Below, piece by piece: positions 41,113-54,084 of a stretch of DNA of 64,000 nucleotides (position 1 is its first letter; each line of letters begins with the position of its first letter). Origin of the DNA: the human T2T-CHM13v2.0 reference genome, Homo sapiens; the NCBI RefSeq assembly GCF_009914755.1, contig NC_060930.1, one strand, 5' to 3'. The translations under genes were made by a program, and so were the position numbers. The notes beneath the pieces were generated by a model. It did not search any database. It was not told the origin of the DNA and was given only the letters and a program-made list of their open reading frames with translations.

Positions 41113-42849
41113 CATACTAAATCTTAATGGTTGGAGCCTTTCAGAAATTACTTACCTAGAAATACGTTTTAAGAAACAGTTTTGCAACTCACTGATAAAA
41201 AATATTGTTAAAGGGATAAACAATTTGGATGCTTTTCTAATTCATCACATTAAGTGAGAATGGTGTCCAGGCAGTAGTTTGGAAATGCTTTGAAAAAGTC
41301 ACAAATGAATTACCTTTTAAAAGTTTTTCACTTAACAAACATTTATTCAGAAGCTAGCATATAAATCTTTATTTAACAAACCTCTTTTTAGCAACTAGTA
41401 CATGCTAGATGCTATAAGCAATAAGACATTGTATCAGCCTTTAATGAACTTATAATCAAAAAAGGCAAAAAGAATAGTGCATAAATAACTGTCATACAAA
41501 GAGGAAGGCCAAACTACAAGTCCAACTTCTTCAGTCCTATAGCCACGGCATTCTCAAGAGACAAGGTCCAGGCATTTTGTTCTCCTCTAACATCTGCACC
41601 AAACAACTCCTATGTCATCTGAGAGTCAGAGGATGGTGACAGCAGCTCCTCCAGCTCCCTGCCTCCTGCAAAAATGAGCAGAACCTTGTGCATTCACCCT
41701 GACAGATAAATGTCTTGCATTTGCTGCTTTTTTCTGGGAAATGTGGTGCATGTAAAATGAATATACTTTTATTTGGGACATTAGTCATGGAATGTGGGGG
41801 AGAAGGAGATGTTTGACCTACTTAAATATACTTAAGTATACAAGTTAATTTCTTCACAAACTATTTCCAAACTTCTTTTGTTTGACTTGGCATAGACCCC
41901 AGGTGACACCAGGCACGCACAGGAACATGGGAAAAAATGCTTTGTTGGTGGTGGATTCCCTCATGGTTTCACAAAGGAAAGGCATTAAAACTCAAGGAAG
42001 GTTTTAAGACTCAGTGTTTAATTTATGAAACCACATTTTAAAAATCCAAGCAGAGTAGTCATTTAATGAGGTCAGAAAGTAAGCTGTAACAACTTTAAGC
42101 TGGAATTTTACTGTTGTTCTATCACATGAAGAAATGAACGTTTTCTGTCTGTTAAGGATTTGAGATAAGCGCCTCCCACCAGTTGATACCTGACACTTGC
42201 AATCAGCTCACAAGAAAGGGGTGCTGCATCTAAAGCTACATTAACTCTTCAGTAACAGCTCAATCTCACTTATCCATGAAGTTCTGTCCGTGAAGTTTAC
42301 AAGCACTAGGAACATGTCTCCAAGTTACACACAAGAGTCCTGGCCCTGGGCCCTAAATTACACATGGATCTGGAGCTGAGGAAGGCCTCGAATCTCTGGA
42401 ATTCACCCTCCTCATCTGCACAATAGGGGCTGCAGTGCATGATCCCTCACAGCTCCATCATGGCCAGGGCAGAGAGTGAGATGTCCCTGTGTCAGTGGTA
42501 CAGCTTGCTTGACTTCATTCCTTCTCTAGATTAACCATTCAAGGCTACACGATGTCAGGTTGCTCTCTAAGTCTACTGGCAGGGCAATGTATTGTGGTTT
42601 TCCACAGTCTTCACAACCAGCAGAGGGAGCGAAAGTGCATAGTAAATCAACTTTAATGAAGTATAAAATCTCTTTAAAAATTCTGTTTCATTAAAATAAA
42701 ATCTGCTAAATGTGTCTGGGTTGAGAAATTTGACTTGCCTGGTATATTTGCCTGCTGTCTGTTAGTGTTTGTGTGTGGAAAGTCAGAATTTAAAAATTAT
42801 GGCCACTATAGTTAATAACAATATATTGTATTCTTGAAAATTGCTGAGA

Positions 42850-44127
42850 CTGGAAGCTTCCAGCTGCACTGAGCTCTGCCTCTATCCCAGTGATTCCCCA
42901 CACTGCCAGTCAAGTCCCTAAGGAACTTGTCTCCTCCAGACGCAAGTGCATTCTATCCTGAAGAAGTCTGGTTGTGATAGGAGCCCCGTTCTTGTAGGGA
43001 CAGAAAAGAAAAGGAGTGGAACATGGTCCAGCTGCCAGAAGAAAAATTGGATTGATGAAAAGGGTCTCCAATTTGGGCTGCTGCCTGAAAGACTTTGAAA
43101 AGTTTAGTTTTACTCCAGTCCCCACAGATGAGCTCTTCAACAACCCTACAGTGAATCTGTGCTCAGTGGCCCAGCCAACCAGCAACTGGCTGAGTTGGTT
43201 AGCAGAGCAGTGTTGTCTGGCTACAGCTGCGTCACGGTGAGAGGAGACCCCAGCCTGGCAATTAGTACCATTAGTGGTCATGCCTGGAACTGCCCAGACC
43301 TTTGTGTCACTTGGGTTGATGCCCAGAAGACATCAGTACACCCCTTACCACTTCATCAGGAAATCTCCATGGACTATCAGTTTCATTTCTCCTCACAGAA
43401 CTACAGGGAAAGGTACCAGAACTTCCAGGATTTCCCTGGACAAACCTTGTATCTCTTCCCCAAGTATAGCGTATTCTGATCTAGGAGACATGGACCCTCT
43501 GGAACATTTTTTTAAAAGAACAATGATATCTAGTATTTTTCCGTGAGAGACATCAATCCATTTGGCACCCAGGAGGTCATGCAACAGAAATTTGATCTGC
43601 TGATTGGCAAAAGACAAAGGTCTGTCCATCTGAGTTTTGATATTGATGTATTTGACTGTACACTGGCTCCAGCTGCAGGAATCCCTATTGTAGGGGGACT
43701 GACCTTTCAAGAAGGCATCTATATTACTGGGGAAATACATAGTACAGGGTTGCTGTCAGCACTGGATCTTGTTGAAGTCAATCCTCAACTGGGCACTTTA
43801 GAGGAAAGGGCAAAGGCCACAGCTAGCCTGCCAGTAGATGTAACTGCTTTATGTTTGGGTCAGACAAGGGAAGGAGGGCACATTGCCCATGGCCAGATTT
43901 TCTCGTTTCCCAGCCAAGTCAGAAAATGAAGTGTGTGTGAGAATTTAGGAAATACTGTGCACTGTTTTGTTTCACAATGGGCATTCCAGAGCTGTAAGGC
44001 ATTTGAGAATTTGAGAGGACAGGTATTAAGTGCTTATCTGGGTTAATATTGCCTTAATTAGAACACTTGCACATTCCCACAATTGTAGTTTCCCCTCTCC
44101 ATTTTGGTGACTAATAATACCACTGTA

Positions 44128-44188
<61 letters not shown>

Positions 44189-44274
44189 GCAGTTCACTGG
44201 GTATTAATGCATTGTAGTGCTATGTAAATTTAAAGATGCATAAGCAGCATTCGTTACCTTGGTATATCAAAAAA
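42850..44274 (+). pseudogene. ARG2: Processed pseudogene of arginase 2 (mitochondrial)
   Basis: Intronless. Start ATG mutated to AAG (42912-42914). Peptides [111 protein letters not shown] and GQTREGGH. Native stop TAG 43946-43948. Several frameshifts, premature TAG 43531-43533, and Mn-ligand His codons altered (GDH>GDP, DAH>DAQ). Degenerate TSD AAAATTGCTGAGA (42837-42849) / AAAAATGGTAAGA (44270-44282). Confidence 0.96.
44129..44188. repeat. Compound microsatellite (GT)7(AT)16(T)14 inside the ARG2 retrocopy 3'UTR
   Basis: Counted directly from the sequence. Confidence 0.95.
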
Positions 44275-44779
44275 TGGTAAGAAAGGAGATTTTTTAACTG
44301 TTTTCACCACAAAAAATAATTATGTGAGGTCATACATATGGTAATTGGCTTGATTTAGCCATTCCACAATGTGTACATATTTCAAAACAATATGTTGTGC
44401 CTGATAAATATATGCAATTTTTATTTGTCAACTTAAAAATTAATTAATTGAAAAAATAAATACCAAAAAGCCACAAGAGGAAGGAGATTAAGTCCACCCA
44501 CACCTACCATTCTGCTGTCTAAAGATAAAGGAGGAGCCAGAGGATGCTGGGCCTGCAGGGAAGGAGGAGACGCGTATCAGCATCCTGGCTGGGAACAGAA
44601 CTCAAGCCTCTCGACTGGACCCTGCTTTCCTTTTTTCACTCACTTACATGAAAATGGGCTTGGGATCAATAAGAATAATTCTGCTCAAGCTTTCCAATAG
44701 AAGAAAAACAGAGTAACCAGCCATGTTCTGCAGCTCTCACAGCAATCCTTCCCTCCAGCTGACTTGCTTCTCATCTGCT

Positions 44780-45225
44780 ACTTTTCATGACGATAACGTG
44801 CTCCCGCATTTCATGGTGAAAGCTAAAGTCTTTAAAGTGGTCCGCCAGTCACTACACCACATGGCCTCCCTTTGCCCCTCGGACCTCTGGGTCTCCTCAA
44901 TTCTCCCACAGCACCAGTGGCCAGTGTGCCTTTCCTGAAGCATGTCAGGCCTCTTCCCACTGAAAGCCTTTGAATTCGCTGTCCCCAGAGCACTGTTCCC
45001 CCAGAAGTCTGCATGGCTTAGTCCTTCTTTGTCTACTGAATGTCAACCCTCTTGATGCCCTATTTTAATTGTAAACTATCTGCTTTTCACTTTTCCTCCT
45101 CCCTTATTTTTCTCTACCTGACGTTCAGTACATATTATATGTCTTACTGTTTTCCTTATAAGTTCAGAGGTTTCTATCATTTTGCTCACTGTCGTTCAAT
45201 GAATGACTAAATGAATGAGTCAATG
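44780..45225 (+). mobile_element. L2 3' fragment
   Basis: TTCCTGAAGCATGTCAGG...CTGTTCCCCCAGAAGTCTGCATGGCT...TTTGCTCACTG...(AATG)n-like end. Confidence 0.6.
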
Positions 45226-46809
45226 AATTTTAAATTTAATTACATATGCAGTGTTTGAAAGAAAGAAAGCAAGTTTCCTTTAATGAAGGTATCATTATGT
45301 GCATATTATAGTTCTTTCGGCCTTACTCCCAAATAATTTTTTAATCGGTAGCTCCAAGATTGCTACATTGATTGAAATTCTAATTATTTGGCTGTGAGCA
45401 CAAATGTGCTCATAACTTTATCATGTTGACATAAATATCAGTTATTTGGTAAGACAATGCTCCAGTCACCTCCTCCTGCTATAATGTCTAATTATCTATC
45501 TTGGGCTCTCACATTCCATTGTGAAAAACTAACATTAGCTCATATATAATAGTCATTCATAGTCTTTGCATGTTTGGTATGTGTGACCAAATGCCCTTTA
45601 ATAGGTTCCATACTAATATTACATGAATATTAGTGAATTATCTAGTATAAATTTCTACAGGGCCTCTTAAGTAAATATGTATTTAGTTGGTTATGTTTTA
45701 TGCATATTTAGAATTTGTTTGCATTATCCAACTTCACATGTATTATTTACCTGGTGGGAATATTTAGCTTTCTGACACTCTACTTTATCCTATGTATAAA
45801 TTCACATATGTTTTATAATATTCATAACACTAATTCACCAAACGATCTTGATATCTGGTATATTATCATTTTCTTAATGAGATGTTATCTACAGCAAAGC
45901 ATTTACTTAATCACTCACTTTTTGTTTGCTTGGTTTTGGGTGTTCCTCACTAAAAACAAGTATCTGTTGAAAAAAAAGGATGTCTCCAGAAAGTCAATGA
46001 GTCCTATAAAGAAAATTGTAGCAGACATTTTCTGAAGAAAAACTAATGTGTCAAAGGTAAGTAAAGCATAATTAATTTCTTGAAATTTTTTTTTATTTTC
46101 TTCCCCAGCTTATAAAAAGAAACCTCTCTTGTATGTTGGTCGGGCTGAAACCTAATTGCATAATCTGCATTATTTCATTCTCAATTGTCATTGAAACAAC
46201 TCAAATTATTAAGTGTTTGCTTTCTATTTTCACATTTTTAAAATCTGATCTTTTGTTTAAAAAGTTGAGTCTAAAGAGCTAAAATTTGGGACAATTTAGA
46301 AGCTAAAGGGGGTGGATTAATAATTTGGTTATATTTTGCTGTCCAATCGGCATCTCATGGGAGTTTAGAAATAATTTTAGTTATTTGCTTTTAGTCCTTC
46401 TTATATAACGCTAACATAGTGGACCTACCATAGGCTGTTATTCCAACTAGTCTGATGGTTTGTTTGCAGACTATTTCATTAAGTTCTTAATTTTTTTCAT
46501 TAAAATCTTTATGAAAGCTAAGTGGCAATTTCACATTGGAGAAATGAAGCAGTGAAAATGGCTATCATATATCCATCATTTAAACACAGTACTTGGGGTG
46601 CCATGTTCCAGCACCACAGCTTAATGTGCCAATACTGTGTAGTATAAACATCTCTTAATAGGTACCTGGGGTTGGAGTTTCTCTACTGTGTTCAACCTAA
46701 ATGAGTACATGAGATTGCTATTGAAAGTGTTTTTATATCTGTTTGGAATCCAAATAAATTTATTGTTATGGAGTCTCTGTCTTAGAAAACAGATATTTAG
46801 GGTCTCTAA

Positions 46810-47335
46810 ACTTTTATTTTGAAATATCAGTAGACTGACAAGCAGTAGCTAAAATAGTATACAGAGATTCTGTGTACCCTTCACCCAGCTTCTCCCATAT
46901 AAAAAAATCCCATGCAACCATAGGGCTTTATTTGATTTTTAAAAAGGTATTATCTTATTAGAACAGTTTCAGATTTGCAGCAAAATTAAGAGGAAAGTAT
47001 GGAGATTTCCCATATGCTTCTTGTCCTCCTCCCACATGCATAGCCTTCCCCGTATCAACATCCTCCACCAGGGTCATACATTCGTTAAAACTGGTAACTG
47101 CACATCATAATTGCCCAAAGTCCATTGATTACATTAGGGTTCACTCTTGGTGTTGTGCATTCTATAGGTTTGGGCAAATGTGTAATGACTGGTATCCACC
47201 ATTACATGACTATTCACAGTAGTTTCACTGCTCTAAAACTCCACTGTTTTGCTTATGCATCCTTTTCTGCTACCTTCAACCCTTGGCAATCACTGATCTT
47301 TTTGTTGTCTCCGTAGTTTTGCCACTTTCAGAATG
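46810..47335 (-). mobile_element. Old L1M (L1MC-like) 3' fragments
   Basis: CTTTTATTTTGAAATA...TGTACCCTTCACCCAGCTTC and TACATTAGGGTTCACTCTTGGTGTTGTGCATTCTATAGGTTTGG. Confidence 0.7.
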
Positions 47336-49049
47336 ATTTGTAAAGTGAGGAGACTTTTGATGAACCTGTTCCTTCTGAGGCAGGATAGTTATAAAGATAA
47401 AAAACCAAGCCCCGTTGATTATCTCTTAGAACTAGCAACTAAACCCCATGATTCCTTGGGCAGTTCCAAGATTTCAAGTGCAGTATTCTTTATTTATATT
47501 TGCTTTGCTTAAATGTATCCAGCCTATTATTTAATAAATCAGCAAAAGAGAAAAGCAGAGAGAAATTAGCAGAGATATCTTTCCCCCAATTCCCTCCCCA
47601 TCTCTTTTTTCCTCACCCAAAACAGCACTCCTGGAGAGATGTTTATGAGATCTGTAATTTCTGGGCCTATCAAAAGTGTTAATTTGTGAGTTTCTGGGTC
47701 TTTTTTCTCACTGTCCTTCAGAACGGGCACCCCAGGAGCATAAAGGCCAAGTCTGTCTCAGATCTGTCTATCATCTAATGACTGTCTTGAATTTTATAGT
47801 CTAGTATTATATAACTGTTTCTGTATTAAAGATTGTGGGTTTTTAAAAGCTGATTTCTATTTTTTCTTGAATAGATAGAGAGAGTTATTCTCTCTGAGAA
47901 GATGGGTTCTCCCTTGTCTGATGAACTTCAGAGCTTAAAAATAAGGCTGATTTGAAAGTAAATTTGCTGTCCTCTTTTGTTTTTATTTTTTGGTTCTGAG
48001 CCCAGGAACCTTTACCCTTTCTCTTCTCTTCCCTCATAATGAACCTGGTCTCTTGTCTCATTCTGTATGTAATCCCCTGGCTGACTCCTAGCTTCAGCTC
48101 CAGACTTGATACCAAAACCTGTGAACAGGGGAATTAAAAGCAAGCTGTACTCTCTCACCAACTTTCTCTGATTTCTAGGCCTCCTTCAGGTTGGACCCCA
48201 GGCTTCTCCTACTTCCTGTCCAAGTGGAGCAAATGCAGCTCAGCTGGTTCCTGAGTTGCTACTGCCCCACCCCTATGTCCACGTGCTGGTCTAAGAAGAG
48301 GGCAGGGATATTGAGAAAGTAACAGAGAAGGAGCAACAGTGACCATCTCTGCCCAAGTGTGAAGGCCTCCCTGGCCCTCCAAAGAGATGTACAGACTTGA
48401 GGAGATGCAAAGGTCCTTCTGGTTGTAGGACTTCAATTATGATCTCTGAGGATATGCTTCAAAATAAAGTCCCCCATATTGAAAATCACTGATCTCATTT
48501 CAAAGGATAAAAGCAATCTTTACTAGAAAAGTCACACACACACACGCACACACACACATACTGCCCCCCTGCCACACACACACAATGGTAACTATGGGTG
48601 GTGACATATGTGTTAATTAATGTTGTTGTAATAATTATGCAATGTATGTGTAATTAATTCATCCCATTATATACCTTGAATATATGCAATTTTTATTTAT
48701 TAAATATTTTCTTAAGATCTCCTTAAAGTATTTCTTTTAACTCTTTAACCATTTCAGCAATATCATCTTTTCTTTCCTTCATGTTCTTATTCTTTCCCAT
48801 TTAATTTTACTTTTAAGATAATTTTTCTCTCTGTTTTTTCAGGAATAACAATCTTCAAGGTTCTCCCTTTTTCCTTTAAAGGCAGTGATTGCAGATAAAG
48901 AAGCTGAAATTTTTGCTATTATGACACAAAACAGCATGGCTTGTAAAGAATTTTCCAGGGTCATTTGCCTGGGAGGTGTCCTGTCCCCTCCAATTTTGTA
49001 CCAGATCTGAATTTTTTCTCTGTGACCTTGACAACAATTCTTCACATAT

Positions 49050-49385
49050 TCATTCAATACTTACTAACTTTCCTGGGTGTCAGATAAGGCACTCAGGACA
49101 CAGTGGTGACAAAATAGATAATTAAGGGAAGCTTACACTGTAGTTGGGGGAAACAGTCCATAAATAAGTAATTGAACAATAAGCAAGATACTGTCAGAAT
49201 GAAACCAGGATCATGAAGAAAAGGAATCAGAATGATTTCAAAAAGCATTTGAGGGCAGGGGAACCTGGGACTCTTTTAATGGGTGCACCTAAAAGAGGGA
49301 AGACCTCACGAACATGTAAAGTCTGAGCGGAGTCCTAGAAGATAAGATAAAGCAACCATGAGAAGATTTTCTCTGAGAGCATGAG
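49050..49385 (-). mobile_element. L2 fragment
   Basis: TCATTCAATACTTACT...GACACAGTGGTGACAAAATAGA...GCTTACACTGTAGTTGGGGGAAACAG. Confidence 0.6.
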
Positions 49386-49528
49386 AAACAGGCTGCAGAG
49401 AACATCAAGTACCTGCCTTCTTCAGACATCTGTTTCCCCACAAATAGCCATCTATTTTACCTGCAGAGAATTTTGCAGTTATTCTCCTTCCCTCCCCCTC
49501 TGCCTTTCCCTCTCCCTCTTCCTCTCTC

Positions 49529-49531
<3 letters not shown>

Positions 49532-49563
<32 letters not shown>
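49532..49563. repeat. (GT)16 microsatellite preceded by a polypyrimidine tract
   Basis: Counted directly from the sequence. Confidence 0.95.
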
Positions 49564-49566
<3 letters not shown>

Positions 49567-52234
49567 TATATGTGTAACTCTATGAAAAACACTTCATCTG
49601 AGAAGCCAACATGTAAGTTAAATTTAAGGCAAATACAGAGTATAATAAGATTTGAGGGTGTAACAGAAGTAAAATAACCTTATTTGATCAACATTTTATT
49701 TCTACCTTAAATAAAAAGAAAAATGTTTCTATTTACAATGATTTGATACACTTCTGTAAGTGCATAAAAGCCTATAAGCTATCAAAGTTCATTCTATTAA
49801 CTAAGGAGAAATCTTAAGGGCTACATCTGGATAATACCACAAATTCATAAATTAGTAATTTATAATTCCCCATTGTAAATGATCACTCAGCTGATACACA
49901 TGAGGACACCTGGCAATCAAACTAAATATTCCCATTTCCAGATGCAAGACATAACTAACTGGTTAATTGCCTTTAAATTTTGGGCCTTATGGTTTATTTT
50001 TTAAAAATCATTAGAAAATAGATAGATGATGAAAAAAATGTGGTTCCAAAAGTTTTTCATTTTTCTGAAAAATACTTCCATTATCACTATTTTTAGCAAA
50101 TTTAATTTAAAAATCTTTTTGTTTTTCTAAGCTTTGAGTTAGGGAAAATTTTAAAAGACTATAGGAGTTGGGGGAATTTTAATATTAGCCAAAAGGGTTT
50201 GAAGCAGAGAACTAGGATAAGAAAGGAAGTGAGGGGTGAGCAAAGGTCTCAAGCCAAATGGGGCAGAAGAAAGAGCCCAGCTAGTTGTGACAAATAGAGG
50301 GAGAGCAGCTGCTGACCAGCCTCATGACCTTATTTATTACATGGGGAGGAGAGTTGGCCAGTGATGGAAAAGGAGGAAAACCATATCCTCCCTTGGGGAC
50401 AAGGTATAAAGATCAAGGGATCTGTGAAGTCTAGCATGTCCCACAATGATGATGATGGTGATAATGACCACAGCTGTCCCTAGAGTGTGACACCAAAGCA
50501 AAGGGGAGGACAAACATACTCGCACGGAAACAAGGAGCACTGTGCAGCAGACGGAAAGCCTTCATTTGATTTCAAGCTCTTTTGACAGGAGACCTGTGTC
50601 TATTCCAGACTGGAATTGTCTCTTTTCTCATCACATCCTTTGGAGAGAACAAAAGTTAGGGAATATCCATGGGGTTTTTGTGAAGATTCTTTGTACTGGG
50701 GATGGGAGGTACTGATGCATTGGCAGCTCTTCACTTCCCCCATGAAAATATACTGTATCCCTCTCAATAAAAAAAAAAAAAGCAGGGAGAAGAAAGTTGT
50801 GGTAGATGTTATTATCATAATGCCAAAATTATTCTGAGGAAAAGAAAAACCCACTTCAGAAGTATGCTCTTTCTTAACTGTACAAGGTATCAGAGGAAGC
50901 AGATGTTTTGTCTGTTACTCAATCTCCTACTCTCCCTCTCTTTCTATCCTTGCCATCTTCCCCATCACTTCTCCATCATAAATTAATGACAGCATTGACT
51001 AATTTTATCATGTTTTGAATCAATTTTCATAGATCCATCTATTCATTTAAATAAATGTCTCTGATATACATCATCTTACAAACACCCCAAAATGTAAAAC
51101 CTTAAGCACAAGAAGAAAGGCACATGGAGAATTTGTGTTCCAGGACTAATGCTATTATCGTGGATTTTTTCCAGAAGAGGCTGAGCTGTGCACATCACAA
51201 GATAGACTCAGGGATAGGGCTTTATTTATTTTTATTTTTTGGTTATTGAAAGGAAATTAATTGGGAAACTGGGTAAAATTTTGTCTCTTATTTTACAAAC
51301 AATAATACCCATAAGGCATGCTAAGTGTAAGTAACAGGAAGCCAGCCATGCACCGATGTGTAATATGAAATGAGGACCCCACAATTTATGCTTCCTATGT
51401 AAAAGCATACATGATGGCTGCAAAGGCTTTAAGATCCGAGATACAACTAAGATGAAGAGTTTAAGGAAGGTGGTCACAGCCAGTGTTATACTGGGCCGAG
51501 CAGTTGCCACTGAGTCTCTACTTGTGAAAGGTGTGAAAGCAAAACTAAGACTTTAGTTCCCTCAGCCACAGTCTCCCTGAAGGGCAGCAGTTGGCGTCAA
51601 GAGTCACTTTTGCAAATGAAGTCACTCACACTAAGTAGAAACAGTCAGCCAGGGCAGGAAGGGCTGTGACTCCTCATCAGTATCTCAGGGACCTTGGTCT
51701 CCTTCCTTCTTCTCCTAGACTTTTGTAAAAGTCTAGATGTTTTTCTCAGTGTGATAAATTAAACTCATGAAAATAACCATTTATATTTCTCCTATCATCA
51801 TTCCACTTACTCTTACAGACTGTTAAATTGGATGATACATTGCTGAAGCAACAAAGAGTCCCTAAATAGAAAATGCCTTTGAAATAAGGCATAAGTTAAT
51901 AGATACCAGTTTAATTCAGTACTAGTCAAATTTTGCTGTCTTCCCTGCAAGATCATTGGATTAGAGAAGTCAGAAAACATGGGTTTTACTTTAGGATCCC
52001 TTATTAGACAAGTGACCTTGAACAATCACTTTAACCCAAGTCTCTGTTTCTCATTTATGATATAAAATTAGTCCCACTGGCCCTGATTACCTATCAGGGC
52101 TGTTGTCAGTATTGTATCAAATAATGTGTGGAAAAATCACTCATTATTAATAAAATACTATTTAAATCCAAGGCCCTATTCTTGAAACAAGTTCTCAACT
52201 CAAACCTCACTTTTCTTGCAAATCCTTCGTGGAC

Positions 52235-52682
52235 CTCTCTTTTGCCCAGGGTGGTAGAGGTTCACCTCTCCTTTAGTTGCACTATCCTGAGCTGGGCACG
52301 TCAACACTCCACTGAAGATGACACCGCTCAGCCTCTCCAGTATGGCTGTGTAACGAAGTTCTTGCCAGTGGTACGTGATCACAGGTGCTGTACACCACTT
52401 TCAGGTCATTTGAAGGGTGGCTGTACTCCTCCCCTTCCCCACCTCCCCTCTTGCTCACCGAATTATAGTCATTGTAGAGGGAGCTGAACAGCCATCTCAG
52501 ACCACAAAAATAGAAGCAACAGATGAGGCTGGCAAAGCAGTAGGACTCAAAGAGCCTGAGTCACCCACACTGTGGAGCAGTTATTAACAGCCTCAGAGTG
52601 TCTTGTTCAGTGAGAGAATAAACTCCTATTTGTTTAAGCTACTGTATTTTGGCCTTTATTATAAAAATATCCTAACGGATAT
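52235..52682 (+). mobile_element. Old MLT1-type LTR
   Basis: GTGTAACGAAGTTCTTGCCAGTGG...GCCATCTCAGACCAC...GAGAGAATAAACTCCTATTTGTTTAAGCTACTG...ATCCTAAC end. Confidence 0.6.
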
Positions 52683-54084
52683 GTTCCAATTAATTTAGTC
52701 TATCTGCATTGTAGTACTCATCACTGTATATTATCTTACTATTATCTTCTTAGCTTACTTGTTAAGTCCTTTAGCTGAACTCTGAGAGCAGGGACCATCC
52801 ATTCTGGTGTGCCCAGCACTGAGAACAACGTGTAACTCAGTATAGACTCTATAACATTTAAATGAATTAAAAATCATTTTTTAAAAATTAAGAATGAACA
52901 AATAAGGCTTTTGAAGGAAATCTACAGCTTTGCATTCTAGTTAAAATAGTAATTAAAAATTTTCAGGACTTCAATGCTGTTTATTTTCTGTCATTTAATT
53001 TTCATAATAATGCTACAGTTTGATGCTTCTTGAAGCCCAGTCAACTGTTTCATATTATATTTCCCTATTTCACTAATTTTAATTTTTGACAAAATTTAGT
53101 AGTTACCTAAGAATAATATTTCTAGGAGAGTGATAGGAACTCAGTTCTCAGTGGGGTAGGGAAACAAGTTTCTATAGGGTAGTACATATATAATATATTG
53201 TGAAAATGCTGCAGTAAAATTAGGTATAAATTAGTTAGGATTTATCAGTTAGGATACTACTATAAGAAAGGCCAAAATAATAGCATCTTAAACAAAAAGA
53301 ACTTGTAACTACAGTGATATGATATTGGTAAAAACCCAACTATTATCAGTGTTTAGGGAATAGGATTTAAATGCTCATTTTCTACTTGTAACTAGAGATA
53401 TTCATACAAGAATAACCTGTAATAGTGAAAGAAATAAGGGAGACTGGGAAAGAGAGAGAAAGAAACAAAGAGAGAGAGAAGGAAGGAAGGAAGATTCATT
53501 TAATAACAGAGGAATGGTAGTGTATTTATCCAATGGAATATTATCCTGTCATTTAAATCTAGCCATAGAGGAGCTGTTCTGCCTCCTGAAGCCAGTTCCT
53601 TCACTTGTGGTTTAGATTTGGCCCTTTATCCTCTCTCAGAAGCCATACATTACCAATTATACCCTTTCTCCTTAAATTGCCACTTCCTGTAAAATGGATT
53701 CTTTCTTTGGCATTTAAATACTTCAAGTCTTATTATCCTAAAAATAGCCTCTCTGCCCAAGAGCCTCCTCTAGCTATGCCCTACCCCACTAACCTTTCTT
53801 AGCCAACCTTACTGAGGGTGCTCCACACTCATGGTCACCATTTTCCCATCACTTTTATGCTTCCAAGTGACCTAGGAAATGAAGCCTTCAGAAATCATAA
53901 GCTCTACCCCTGCTTTAAGAGATTCTCCCCAGGCTCAGCCATAAATTTCTTCAGTTGTAAAATAGGGCAATTCAGTGTTAAAGCTGAAAGGGCTCTCAAA
54001 GAGTCTACCTCTCAGTATTATTCAGTGGGATGATGAGGTTGATTAGTTCAGTACTAGCCACATCTTCTGAGTTTCTTGTGTGTT

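Larger units (their letters stand above)
42795..44460 (+). mobile_element. L1MA-type 3' fragment split by the ARG2 retrocopy (pieces ~42795-42849 and ~44275-44460)
   Basis: ACTATAGTTAATAACAATATATTGTATTCTTGAAAATTGCTGAGA continues after the insert as ...GATTTTTTAACTGTTTTCACCACAAAAAA...GCTTGATTTAGCCATTCCACAATGTGTACATATTTCAAAACA. Confidence 0.8.

Noticed and set aside
43016-43929. Arginase-like ORFs (74, 106, 90 and 128 aa) as a real gene or programmed-frameshift system
   Set aside because: They are consecutive pieces of one ARG2 CDS broken by random indels, with a lost start codon, a premature stop and mutated metal ligands.
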